Source: Pocillopora damicornis (taxonomy: Eukaryota). Taken from it: DNA of 64,000 nucleotides. Below are positions 47,363-59,885 of the stretch, one piece after another. Location of the stretch: positions 124,001 to 188,000 of the forward strand of contig NW_020847248.1 of assembly GCF_003704095.1 (NCBI RefSeq). Direction: 5' to 3'. Under the pieces are notes generated by a model, which made no database searches, was not told where the DNA came from, and was given only the letters and a program-made list of their open reading frames with translations. Position 1 is the stretch's first letter. Every line of letters starts with the position of its first letter. Both the position numbers and the translations under genes were made by a program.

Positions 47363-50109
47363 ATGGCGAACGAGGAGGAATCAGGAGGTTATCGCTGGTT
47401 AAATCAGTACGAAAGAACGTGGTACGTTTAGTGTGATATCCTAATATTTATAACCGCCTTATTTTTACAAATCATGTGCATATATATTTATGTGCGCACG
47501 TCCCAAGCCTTGGCAATTATTTTTTTTTAAGTACAAGCTGGGGATTGCCTCCTTTGCGCGAAACTATGCATGGCCTCTCCTGTTTTTTTTTTCTCTGTCT
47601 GATCTCGGCTCTCTTTTTCTATCCTATTGATTACCTTGCTCGTTGTACTGCACTCAAATTTCCGAGCTTCTCAACTGACAAATCAATTTTCAGGGAGGCA
47701 AAAACGGAAAAAAGTTTTTCTATTAATTAAATGAAATAACTTTGGGAAGATTTCTGCATAGCATCATACTATAGCACAACAAAGTGCTATAGAAAATAAA
47801 GATGGAAATCTATTTTTATAGAAAATCTGTTTTTTCGCCTTTTTTTTTTATTTATCCTACCATCTGCATAACAAGGTAGTGGGGTGGGTGGAAATCTTAG
47901 TATAACTTTAACAGTATAGATGTTTTTGTCATCATCATTCAGCAGCATTAAATCTATCAACTGCAACAAGTTATATGGCTACATGTTGTTGTATGGCTTG
48001 ATTTTTGGTGTTCTATAAAACCATATATTGAAATAAACCCGAGTAACCAAAACTTCAGACATACTACATATTAGAACCAGCATTCAGTATGGTATACTCA
48101 TAAATACTTGTTTTTGATTGCCCAGGGAAGTTATTCAAGAAGATGCTGAAGGTTCTCTTCAAACAGTGGTGGATGAAATTTCACACAGGACCAAAAGAAG
48201 GAGGTGGAACAAAAACTTTACAAAAACATCAGATTAGAAATTTGAACTCATTGATGCATAACCAAACATCTCTGGATCTTTGTAGTTCTATTTTTTTCTT
48301 TTTATTCTTCTTGTTCTTATTTCTTTCTTCTAGTTCTTTCCCTTTTAATTTGTACATAATACCATCTTTACATGTAGTGGAAGAGAGTATTCAAATGATT
48401 TGTATGTTCATGTAAAAGTTAAAGAGTAATCAATGGATAGTTAGATATTGCACTGCTTTCCAAGCCAGCCAATTAGGATCCAATTATTCAGTCTTTCAGT
48501 TGTATGTATAAGATTAAGATTTCTTAAAACAATTTACAGTGAAGAATCCACTAAATTACACTTTTAAAATGACAATGAAAAAGTGATTGATGAAACAAAC
48601 AGATGAGAAATAAAGAAATAAACATTTAAGTTCTCTTGAATGAGACTTTGAGAATAAGTAAACATTTACAACTGTGAGTCTGACTAAATGTTTTGCTGTT
48701 GTGAAATTTTTCAGAGTTATGGGAAGAAGTGGTAACATTCGACTTGGGATGGTATGTATTAGGTGGTAAATAGAATAAATTAAAGCTAATACGGACACAT
48801 TAAGAATATCTATTCTTCATTCTCTAAATTGATTGAAATAATGATACATGTTCATTCTTGAAGGAGAGGTATTTGCCAGAAATCATTAAGAAATTTTATC
48901 TCTGCCATTTGAAAGTATAACATGAAATTATTTTTGGGTTGATGAGAGGAACAAAAAGACGTTCAAAAACGTCTCCAAATGTGTTAACCCTTTAACTCCC
49001 AAGATCTCATTAGTAATTCTCCTTACTGTCTACCAAATGATTCTCATTTTGTAAGTTTGGAGAATTTGGTATCGGATCAATTAGCAATCCTATTATTGAT
49101 ATTTTTCTTTATTCTCATCACTTGTCTGCATGATATTGTATAGATATAGTAAGGAGAAATTCTGTCTTGGTCACTCACAGGAATTAAAGGGTTAAAACTT
49201 TGACTGTAGGTGAAGCCACTTTGAATTATTCAGTGCAATTGAATTTCATCTGAAATTTGGATATTAATGACATTTTAATGGAGAGGTATCAATTAAAGAC
49301 CTCTCAGAATGTTAAAAATATCTCAATTTTATAATGTGACAATTGCTTTTTTTATTGTAATTTTTAGATGAGGCACTTGTTTATCATTGTGGATATGTCC
49401 AGAGCAATGGAAGAAGCAGATTTAAAACCTTCACGCCTTGCATGTTCTGTCAAGGTACCTGAGTTAACTATTAGCGACATTTTGAGAGTTGAAAATAATA
49501 TGCAATGCCTCAGTTTGGTTTTGCCTATTTCAGAGATATTCAATGTAAAGTTAGTCATTATTGACAGTGATCTTGAACCAATATAATATCTTTTCTAACA
49601 GCTCTTGGAAACTTTTGTCACTGAGTACTTTGATCAGAATCCTATTTCACAGGTAAAGTATTATTTTTCTTCAAGGTGATACATCTGATTTTGATGAGTA
49701 AGAGCCAGTGTTATCAGTGTTAAATCTTCGGTTGCAGATTGGAATTATTGTGACCAGAAACAAGAGAGCTGAGAAACTCACAGAACTGAGTGGTAGGACA
49801 ACTGAAGATAACCTTTGCTGACTTCATTTTTTACAATCATTAATACTCTGACATTAGTCATATTCATATTATCATGATTGACCCTGGGAGACTAGAAAAT
49901 AATTGAACGTAACCAAAATTAAATTACAATATAATTTATTTTGTCCAACTGAGTTCATAATCCAAATTGGCCCCTGTAAAAAGATTCCAAAGCAAATGTT
50001 TTAAGCTTTAGCCCTTCATCAGAGCAAATGACAAAGGGCTAATACTTGAAACATCAGGTGGCCAAGTTTCATCATCAACTGAGTTGATGATGAATTTACC
50101 CCTACAGAT

Positions 50110-50146
<37 letters not shown>

Positions 50147-53100
50147 TTAAAAAAACAAATTAGGTGAAATAAAGTTATAAACAAGAGCATTTTGTGATTT
50201 TTGAAGACAAGTGTGAAGAAATTGACAGAAATTTTGATATATATATATATATATATCTACAATAATTAAATTGTTTTTTTGATGATAACTCAGCAATGAT
50301 GCCAGTGAGATATATAGTTTTATCTTTTTATCTCTAGAGTGACAAGTGCACTAAATGTTATTTTTCACACCTAGGTAATCCACAAGTTCACATTGGCACT
50401 CTCCAAAAAGCTGCTGCTAAACCTTGCCAAGGAGAACCATCACTGCAGAATGCCATGGAATCTGCTGTTCAGTCGCTGAGGTGAGTAACTTCGTGGATGG
50501 TTTTACAGTAGTGATTTAAGAAATATGAGAAGCCCAGTTGAATTTCAATGATGCAAAAGCACCTTATACACATTTAGGAAGACAAAAACAGACTGAAACC
50601 TCTGAACCTGCATGACAGGCTTATTTTCTGATAAGAGAATGTTCAGTTATGAGGCCACAATGATCCTACCTGCTTCAGGCTCTCCTTAATCTTTCTAATT
50701 CAGTGTAGCAGCTTCATCACTGCATTCAGGTTAGTAAGCACTTGCTTGCTATGCAGACTTCTAAAGCTAAGGAGATTGAAAGTGGATTGGTGGAATGTGT
50801 AAAGATAATAAACACTTTTTTATATTTATAGACATATGCCTGGCCATGCCAGTCGTGAAATACTTATTCTGTTTGGAAGCCTTACATCATGTGACCCAGG
50901 AGATGTCTTGGAGACTGTTCATGTAAGGACTGGCATTCTTCTAGATGTGTAAATGGGTATTTTTTTCTTTTTCATCCTTACAAGTTAGTTTGCTTGACTT
51001 TTGACTTGTTGACCATTTTCTTCTCAGACTCTTCAGCAACAAAATATAAGGTGTTCTATCATAGGCTTGGCTGCGGAAGTACGTGTTTGTAGAACAGTTT
51101 GTGCTGAAACACAAGGTTGGTGATCTGTTTTTCATTGATGTTATTGAGGCCTTTTTCCATTAAAAATGGCATATGCACAATATAAGTTCCTGATTTCTCA
51201 AAACAAAAACCTTGAGAGGCTCAAAAAAGCTTCCTTATTGGACACAATATATTGGTTGATGGATGAATACAACCAGGATTTTTGTCTTTTTCCTCAAGAT
51301 TGGTATCATGTAGATTTATAATTAGTTATCAGTTCAGGATCTTTTTCACTGATGCCAGATGTCACTACGGCAAGGCCACAACCTCATTAAAGAAAACTAT
51401 TTAATTTTGGCATTATAGGTAAAGGGTAGGTTAGGTTAGCTGTTCTTATTGTAAGGTGGCTCTGACATTTTCTCAAAACTTTGCTGAATGATGATTCTTG
51501 ATACGATGATTTCAATTCCAGAATAGAAAATAGCAGCCATTGTCATCTATTTAAAGGCTTTAAAAGCTAAAATTAGAGTTGTACCTATGATGATTTATGG
51601 TTTCTCAAAAAGACATTCAATTTATATTTGTATATGATTTGCACAATTGCTCTATACCATTCTCAACAAATCTGATGTAAAGCTGTTGTTGGTGCTTGAA
51701 AATAATGGAACATATTTAAGGATCCATTCATTTAACTTGGCTGGGTAAGCATTTCTTAGGGAGTTATGGTGAACATTCTGGATGAAACACTTTTGAGAAT
51801 CCATTGAACTTGGCTGTGTTAACTTTTTTTAGGGAGTTATGGTGTTATTCTGGATGAGAGACATTACCGTGAATTATTAATGCAGCATGTTACACCACCT
51901 GTGGCTAAGGTATGCTCAGGGATATTGATAAATCCTTCAGTGCTGTTGTTAACACTGAAACCAATTTTATTTTACAAATGTATTTTTGTTGTTCAAGAGA
52001 GGAACTCCATGAATCCAAAAACTGCAAAGCTATTTGGTCTTGAAGTATCATAATGATAGAAAACCTTTTCAAACTGTTTGATTGTTTCCATGAGAATGAC
52101 AGATTTATCAGTACTCACTGTTACATCTACAGTCTTATTAACAGGAATGAAGAAAAATATTAATGTACTTTTTGTAACTGAAATCGTTGTTCATGCTTAA
52201 CAACCAACCACCTGTAGGGTGAGATTTTCAGGTGGGCCTGTTCATTTAACTTCAGTGTGGTCTTCTGACCTGTTTTTCTATGTAAAAAAAACCCTTGTTG
52301 TTAATGAGCTAGTTATTCATTGCGAAGTTACAAAAAGTACTGTTGTTCATCACCATGACCCATAGTCTGTCAAACCTAAGAAGAAGATATCATCAGGGGT
52401 CTAACCTGTAGCCCTGTAAATTCAACTGTTACTCCAGGGTTCAATGTTTTTTCATTTGTACAGCTTTATTTCAAGATTATTTTTAAAATTGTTCTTAATT
52501 TGTAATAGACTGATACAGAAGCTGCTTTGATTCGAATGGGTAAGTATTGTTGATGTCTCAATCATTGCATATCGTTTTGAAATGCTTTACATGTACATAC
52601 ACTGTACTGTGCTTCACATTTGCTATAAGAGTCCTTTTAATGAGGATATGTATGCTATGTTAATGTGATAAATGAAAAGTGAAAATCCCCATGAACCTTT
52701 AGCCCAGCAAACGTCTAGAAGAAATGCTCATTTGCAGTGAATCCACAATAGAATGGTTGATTTCTGGTCTCTTCTGAAATTGTTCACAGGTTTCCCTCAG
52801 CATCTTTCGAGCGGACCACCATCCTTGTGCATGTGGTAATACATATAATTATTACGTAATTTGAGTGTTTCCCGCGCGCCCTATTTGTCACGACTTGCAC
52901 AATTTCATGTAAGAAGTACAGAGAAATAATAGTGGTTTAATTAAGGGCTGATGCCTCAAAGGGGCAATAATTAACATCCTCAACTTTACTCCGAACATGC
53001 TATTGCAGCCATGCACTGCACTTTATTCATTATTTCACTGGGATTAAACTCAAGTCGTAGTAAGTACTTCCTTCACCCACTAGAAGAAACGGTTGGAACT

Positions 53101-55731
53101 AAATGGTCCAAGAACCTCACATAATACTATGGTTCGATTTGGTTGAATCTCATTTAAGAGGATTAATAACATTCATGTTTGATTCATTCTACTAAAACTG
53201 GGATAGATTGGAGAAGATTCTCCTTCCTATCTTTTCTTTCCTCTTTTTGGCATCCAAAAAGCGCAATACTGCACAGGTTTTCACTAATATTTTTACGGTA
53301 TTTTAGAATACTTATCATCCATCCATTTGATTAGTATTTTGTTGTATTTTTTGTAGTCATTTGGATAGTAATGGTGTTAAAGGACTTAGCACATCAGGAT
53401 ACTTCTGTCCGCAGGTAAGATGAGCCTTTTCATTCCCTCTTATTTCCAAAGCTGCACGATAAGGGATGGCTAATACTGATTCTCCCTTTTTTCAACCATT
53501 TTTTAGTGTAAGAGCAAGTACTGTGACCTGCCCGTAGAGTGCAAAGTTTGTGGTGAGTTCCCATTTTAAGAAATCAATTACTTTCTATGAGGACCCATTG
53601 TTTAGACAGAGGTAAAATGGCTCTCGTAGGTATCGACGCAGAGAGGGTAATAATATCTTGATGAATCAGCATGTATTTTTGAGAAGTGAACCACGCAACG
53701 CTGATACACTATTTTTTTAAAAAAAACATTTAGGCTAAGATTAAGAACACACTAAGAACATACCTGGGCCATACCCTGGCTGAAGGTCATTTGAGTGCGT
53801 CTTTATTTTGCTTTTTTTTGGTTTTTTTTTTTTGAAAAGTATTATTAAATAAAAGTAAAAGAGCTGTAAAACTGTGTTCTAACAGGACAATTAACTCAAA
53901 TGCTTATGGAAATTTTTTAACCTTGATTTACTGAAATACTTAACCACACAACTTTAAGAACATGTGAGAACGGTGTCCTTCGCGGGGTAATTAAGTTCTG
54001 CTTATGCAATGTGATTTGATAGAACTTTTAAATTTCTTCTACCATGGTAGAAAAGACATGGAAAAGTCTTTGGACATTCGAGAATTGTTATATTTTACTG
54101 GAATACTAATAGTAATGTGACATGTGTTTACAGGTCTAACGCTTGTGTCTGCTCCTCATTTGGCTCGTTCGTATCAGCACTTATTCCCGCTTCCTCAGTT
54201 CACTGAAACAGATTTGTCAACTCCTATGGATGGACAAAGCTTACCCAGGTAAAATACACTGTTGAGATAACGATGCAAATTGAGTAGATCAAGGTCTGAT
54301 TTCAATTCTGCACTTCGTGTAGCGGTCAGAATGCCAAATGGGTGAAGTTTTATAATCGATCTCAATGTCATCTGCATAGTGCATGACATGGTTATGACTT
54401 TTTTAAAAAGTATTCAACCGTTGCTCATTGCTATTTGTTAGTCTGAGTTGATGGACTGATAAATTTTATGAGACGTTCGTATCTTTGGTTCCCTTGGGGC
54501 CACAGCTCTTTAACATTGCGTGTTGTGAAACCAAAGTCATCAAAACAGCTAACAAGAACAAAGATTACCAGCACAAAGAGACTCTGAAAACTGGGTTTTA
54601 ACACACCTAAACGACCTCGAGCGAGGAAAATCACAAGTGACTTAGTTGCAGTTGGTTTTATGTTTGCCCTTGTTTGCATTCTTCAGACGAATCGCGGAGC
54701 GTGTCAATAGTGAAAGACTTTAAGCACACAACTGAAAATCACGTTATTGTGTCATTCCCTCCCGATTCACCACTAAGAACAGCATTCAACGATCTTTTTC
54801 AAATTATTTGAATAATGCAAGATTCTTTTATAACCTCGATGTCGTTTTCAGGTTTTTTTCTTTTTTAATCTGTATAGACACAATTATTGCTTCGCCTGCC
54901 AAAGAGCGTTTACAGAACAAACGGTGAGCAATTTTCATATAATTAGCTGTTTTCCTTTTGTTCGTGTGATTTAATGTGATTGTGATCGATGCCGGTGTGG
55001 TTTTTGTTATCGCGAAGTTGTATTCACGGTTGTCTTATCTTTTCCTTTCGTTTGTTTTGTGACTCTTTGATGTTGTTGATTATTGAATTATTGAACAGAC
55101 CAGCATAGCTGTTCGTTGATCTAAAAAATATCCAGAAAAGCTTCACTCCTTCCTTGCGGTTGAAGGAGGAGGGCACAATAACGATCACAGTCGAGCGGAT
55201 TCCCACTGTCATTTTTCACAGAGGTGTACTAAAATTTCAAAAAGGAACCAATGGTGTGGACGAGTGCAGTAATAAATCTTGATAGATACATACGATTAAT
55301 GTCCATTTGTTGCTATCCAGCAGAAAAATAAAGCTTGTACAAGACTTTTCGCAATATACATTCTTCTTGTCACGAGTTCCTACGATGAATCGAACCCCAG
55401 ACCTCAAACCCACACTGCTTTCGGAGGCGATGTGTTTGGAAAAGTGCTTTTTGAATGGCCGAATTTTTTGACCGATTTACGTGCAATTTCGCTCTGACGA
55501 AGGATTAACGTTTGAAACGTCAGCTTAGAAACTCTTTACGGTGGCCAATTTATAATATCAACTTAGTTGTTAAAATTAAATCATCTTGATACGAGTATTA
55601 CGTTTGTTTTCTTGCAGATATATTCTTGCCCTCAATGTGCACAGTTCTTTTGCATGGAATGCGACATCTTTATCCACGACTCCCTCCACAGCTGTCCCGG
55701 GTGTACTGCCTCCCCACAAGGGGAGGGTTAG
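47363..55731 (+). CDS. GTF2H2: General transcription factor IIH subunit 2 (p44/Ssl1)
   Basis: Spliced exons give [143 protein letters not shown] and the C-terminal [23 protein letters not shown]. Confidence 0.95.
48984..49195. mobile_element. Full-length TTAA-flanked piggyBac-like MITE
   Basis: TTAACCCTTTAA...TTAAAGGGTTAA terminal inverted repeats. A second copy lies at 27430 and a degenerate copy near 62396-62592. Confidence 0.8.
55488..55572 (+). repeat. Penelope-like repeat copy with a degenerate hammerhead motif, in the last GTF2H2 intron
   Basis: TTCGCTCTGACGAAGGATTAACGTTTGAAACGTCAGC is followed by ACTCTTTACGGTGGCCAATTT. Same family as 21870-21952, 28315-28510, 37680-37805 and 49950-50140. 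Confidence 0.65.
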
Positions 55732-56162
55732 AGTTAAATTTATTTGCAAAGAGAATATGAAACATAACCGCAATGAATAAACAAACAAAACATTCTGAGT
55801 TTCGTTGCTTTCATCCTCTTTTATTTACACTGATCATGCAAAAGCGCCGGGTTTATTTCAATTAGGTAACTGTCAGTATCTCTATTGATGAGACTAAATT
55901 GTCTTACCGTTACATGTTGCTGATAATTCAAAATCATTCCATGAAATGTGAATCAAATCCCTAACTTAACATCGTACCTTCCTCTTCTCATGACTCTTTG
56001 TATGTGCTTTTGCTTTTAGGCTTACTTGAAACAAATTGGTCAGCTGATTGTGCGACACGAGCAAAATGCTACCGCCTTACTAACGCTAAACCTCTTAAAA
56101 TGTGCATGATTGCTAAATGTTGAAGCATTTCAGAAAAGTCTCAGGAGGATCTTTAAGAAATC

Positions 56163-59100
56163 TTAGACTTTTCCCCCGAAAATTACTCTAAAATCAAAAG
56201 TCACATCATCTCCAATCAGCATGAAGGGTGCCCACTGGCTCACAAGGGAAAACCCATTACGTCTCATCCACTTCATAGCATGGTGAAGAGATTCACTAGC
56301 ACTTTCACCACGTGCAAGGTGTGCGTAGAAGCACTTCATCAACTGCTCTGTTGCACTGTCTTCCAGGGCCCATAGTGCCACCAACACTGAACGTGCACCG
56401 GATCCTAAAAACGCCCGAGCAATGCCAACCACTCCCTCAGTTCTGATCTGTCCTTGTGCACTGTGACAACAACTCAGAACTACAAGTTTTGCTCGCAGCT
56501 TAACTTGAGATATGTCAGTCATTGATAAAACAAACTCTTCATCTCTTGGAGTATGGTGAATGGGACGGAGAGGTGCAAGTGCAATTTCTCCTCTGTCTAC
56601 GTTACCATGTGCTGCTAGATGTATCAAACTCACGGATTTGATCCTCTGAAGAACGGCCCTCTTGGTTGCTTGTTGTCCTATCAAAGGCTCGATGTTCAGC
56701 AGTCGTCCAATCATCTCTGCTTCCCTTCGTGCACAAGGCAATGGTGGTATTACTTTGCGGCGACCCTTATAAATGACTTCACCAACTTCAGGATCACCAA
56801 CAATCAATGCACCGGTTTGACTGTGGTAATCATCTGGACTGTCCTGAATGAGTTTAAGAGTCGTCAACGATGGTACGAAGCGAATCCTAAACATTTCGGA
56901 TAAAAATTTCCCATTCTTTGCCTGTAAAGCTGCAAATGGCACCCGAAACAACTGACGATCTGGAACGATGATGATGTTGGGCTCTTCAAGGAAGTCAGCA
57001 ATAGGAGCAATGATCATGTCATAATACAAACGTAGCTTTGGGTCAGGTTCCTGGTCTTCGTCCTCCTCTATAGGTCGAAAAGAAGCGAAATTACCTCCCT
57101 CAGTCGACAAATCTTTCGTTTGATTCTCATACGAATAGCGATCTTGATGACTTCCTTGGGACAAAACGCCAAACTGTCGAAAGCTTTCAGCGAAAAATTC
57201 ATCCCACGTTCTCAATAATCCGCCCTGCATTACATCACTGAATTCTCTTTCGTGGATTTTGAAGACACCGTTTCTCTTCAAAATCCACAGAACCAAATTT
57301 CGAGGTGTATACGAGATGTAGAGGAAAGTACTTTTCCTCTGTTTGTCCATGACATTTTCAATGCCGGTCCAGGATTGGAAATCAGTGGACACTTGGTTTG
57401 CTAATGAGTACTGGACTGACAGTGAGTCGGTTAAGGCCCGGGCTCTTCCGAGCTCTAAAACGCAGAGTGCCTGATTATAGTCTTCAGCCAAACGAAACAT
57501 TTCACTGAGAATCCAGTACGGGAAAACACACTGTTGTGCAAAACATATCTTAAATTGATCGCTGTCCCCAACAGCACCACGCAATTCCTCGCAATTCTGA
57601 ATGTTCGTAAAAAGACATGCAAATGCATCTAAAACAGCTCCTTCCAAAATTGAAACGTTTGTAAGTCTGCAAAGAATCAAGAACTCTTTTTTGCCGTCAC
57701 GAATCTCTCTGCTGATGGCAAGTGCCCTCTCAAGATATTCTTTAGCTTTGACGTTTTGACTGAGGGAGATGCATAAACTTCCCAGGTGTTCATAATCTCT
57801 TGCCAATCCTTTCTTGTCCCCGAATTCTTCACTGATTGACATAGCCTTCTCGAAGTATTCTTTGGCCGTTTGGTGGTCGCCAATAACGCGATGAATGCGT
57901 CCAATCATACTGTAAGATCCTGCTTCTCCCTGTCTGTAACTAAGTAGTTTTGAAGTTGAAAGCGCTTTTTGAAAATTTTCGTCAGCCTTCTTGTATTTTC
58001 CAAGACTGAAAAACACATTTCCGACATTTATGTACGACGTGACCTCCGCTCTTTTGTCTCCAATTTCTCTTCTTATCCCCACGTCTTTTTCGAAATAATG
58101 TTGTGCCTCGACATATTCTCCAAGAGAGAGAAACAAAGCGCCGAGGTTCCCATAGCAAGAAGCTTCACCTCCTCCATTACCCATTTCTTTATGGATTGTT
58201 AGTGCTTTCTCGTAGTAATCCTTCGCTTTTACATATTCACCCAAATGTTTAAATACAGTTCCTAAGTTTCCTTTACATAATGCCTCTTCTTTCCTTGCGC
58301 CGATTTCTTGGGCGATTGCAAGTGCTTTTTCGTAGTGATCCTTTGCTTTGAAATACTCATCTTGGAATTGGAGCAAAGTTCCACTGTGCAAGTGAAACGA
58401 GGCTTCACCTCTTCTGTTCCCGAGTTTTCGTATGATTGCCACAGCTTTTTCGTAATAATCTTTTGCCTTGCTATAATCACCCAGAATTTGATACACAGTT
58501 CCTAAACCATCGTAAGATGTAGCCTCACCATTGATGTCACCAATTTCTTGTTGGATTCTAATCGCTTTTTCGTAATAATCTCTAGCCTTTGCATAGTTAC
58601 CATAACGTTGAAACAAATTGCCTTGATTTCCATAACATGCTGCCTCTCCTTTTTTGTGTCCAATTTCTTGTTCTATGAAAAGTGCTTTCTGGTAATAATC
58701 TTGTGCCTTACGATATTTGCCAAGATGCTGGAACACATTTCCTAGATTTCCATAACATTTCGCTTCAACCAATTTGTCACCAGTTTTTACTACGATTTCA
58801 ATCGCCCTTTCAAAATAACCCCTAGCCTCGGTATATTCACCTAAATCGAGAAAGACAGTTCCTAGGTTGCAATAAGATGATGCCTCTCCGTCCTTGTTAC
58901 CAATCTCGTGCCTGATTTTCAGGCATTTTTCGTGATAATTCTTTGCCTCTAGATATTGACCAAGACGCTGTAAAACTATTCCAATATTTCCGTGACATAT
59001 TGCTTCTCCCATTTTTTCACCAGCTTCTTGGTACATCATAAGAGCCTTAACAAAATATTCTTTAGCTCTGGCATACTCGCCAAGAGATAGAAAAACAATG

Positions 59101-59885
59101 CCCAGGTTCACATAAGTCGGGGCTTTACCTTTTTGATCACCAATTTTTTGCTTAATTGCGAGTGACTTTTCGTGATGCTCTTTTGCCTTGTTATATTCAC
59201 CAATTCTCTCCAACACTGTCCCTAGGTTTCCATGAGAACTCGCTTCTAGATCCCTGTCGCCTGATTCTTTTGTGATAGAAATTGCTTTTTCGAGATACTC
59301 TTTCGCCTTTATGTATTTACCAAGAGACTGAAACATGGCCCCAAGGTTGGAGTAATTTCTGGCTTGTCCAGTTTTGTCACCCTCTTGTATTCTGACCTTC
59401 AGAGCATTCTCGAACGATTCCGTCGCTTTGACGGTTTTACCAAGAGAATTACAGACAATCCCCAGTTTCTCGTAGCAAAAGGCTTCTTCGCTACTGTTGC
59501 CTATTTCCTTATTGATTTCTGCTGCCTTTTGAAATAGTTCCTCTGCATCAACTAGTTTCCCATGATTTTCACAGAGAACGGCTAGTGTTAGGAGTAGGTT
59601 ACATTCTAAAGATTTCTCGTCATAGCTATGAAGGGTGTGAAGAAGCCTCTTTCCATATTCTATAGCACTCGAGTCCTCAGAGATTAAACAATAGATATCG
59701 AACATGGCCAGATGCAGAGCTTTGGACCATATGAGGATTCTGTGTATGATTCCTCTGTTGTGTTTGCAAACCAAGCATTTCTTACAAAATCCAATGACCT
59801 GTAAAACTCGACAGGTCTTGAGAAAGAAACTGGCGACGACGACGCCAATCAAGACGGACTGTATAACCTCACCTGTCTCGTTCAT
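56163..59885 (-). CDS. Intronless TPR-CHAT protein (TTC28-like; caspase/separase-related CHAT domain), 1240 aa
   Basis: A single 3723-bp ORF has 16 tandem 40-aa TPR-type repeats (EA..YGNLG.VF..LG.Y.KA..Y.EKAL.I..EIG). These are followed by ELGRARAL, IIVPD..LF.VPFAAL, IHLAAHG, LVVLSCC, FLGSGARSVLVALW and WAPFMLIG. Confidence 0.93.
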   Translation of the reverse strand: MNETGEVIQSVLIGVVVASFFLKTCRVLQVIGFCKKCLVCKHNRGIIHRILIWSKALHLAMFDIYCLISEDSSAIEYGKRLLHTLHSYDEKSLECNLLLTLAVLCENHGKLVDAEELFQKAAEINKEIGNSSEEAFCYEKLGIVCNSLGKTVKATESFENALKVRIQEGDKTGQARNYSNLGAMFQSLGKYIKAKEYLEKAISITKESGDRDLEASSHGNLGTVLERIGEYNKAKEHHEKSLAIKQKIGDQKGKAPTYVNLGIVFLSLGEYARAKEYFVKALMMYQEAGEKMGEAICHGNIGIVLQRLGQYLEAKNYHEKCLKIRHEIGNKDGEASSYCNLGTVFLDLGEYTEARGYFERAIEIVVKTGDKLVEAKCYGNLGNVFQHLGKYRKAQDYYQKALFIEQEIGHKKGEAACYGNQGNLFQRYGNYAKARDYYEKAIRIQQEIGDINGEATSYDGLGTVYQILGDYSKAKDYYEKAVAIIRKLGNRRGEASFHLHSGTLLQFQDEYFKAKDHYEKALAIAQEIGARKEEALCKGNLGTVFKHLGEYVKAKDYYEKALTIHKEMGNGGGEASCYGNLGALFLSLGEYVEAQHYFEKDVGIRREIGDKRAEVTSYINVGNVFFSLGKYKKADENFQKALSTSKLLSYRQGEAGSYSMIGRIHRVIGDHQTAKEYFEKAMSISEEFGDKKGLARDYEHLGSLCISLSQNVKAKEYLERALAISREIRDGKKEFLILCRLTNVSILEGAVLDAFACLFTNIQNCEELRGAVGDSDQFKICFAQQCVFPYWILSEMFRLAEDYNQALCVLELGRARALTDSLSVQYSLANQVSTDFQSWTGIENVMDKQRKSTFLYISYTPRNLVLWILKRNGVFKIHEREFSDVMQGGLLRTWDEFFAESFRQFGVLSQGSHQDRYSYENQTKDLSTEGGNFASFRPIEEDEDQEPDPKLRLYYDMIIAPIADFLEEPNIIIVPDRQLFRVPFAALQAKNGKFLSEMFRIRFVPSLTTLKLIQDSPDDYHSQTGALIVGDPEVGEVIYKGRRKVIPPLPCARREAEMIGRLLNIEPLIGQQATKRAVLQRIKSVSLIHLAAHGNVDRGEIALAPLRPIHHTPRDEEFVLSMTDISQVKLRAKLVVLSCCHSAQGQIRTEGVVGIARAFLGSGARSVLVALWALEDSATEQLMKCFYAHLARGESASESLHHAMKWMRRNGFSLVSQWAPFMLIGDDVTFDFRVIFGGKV

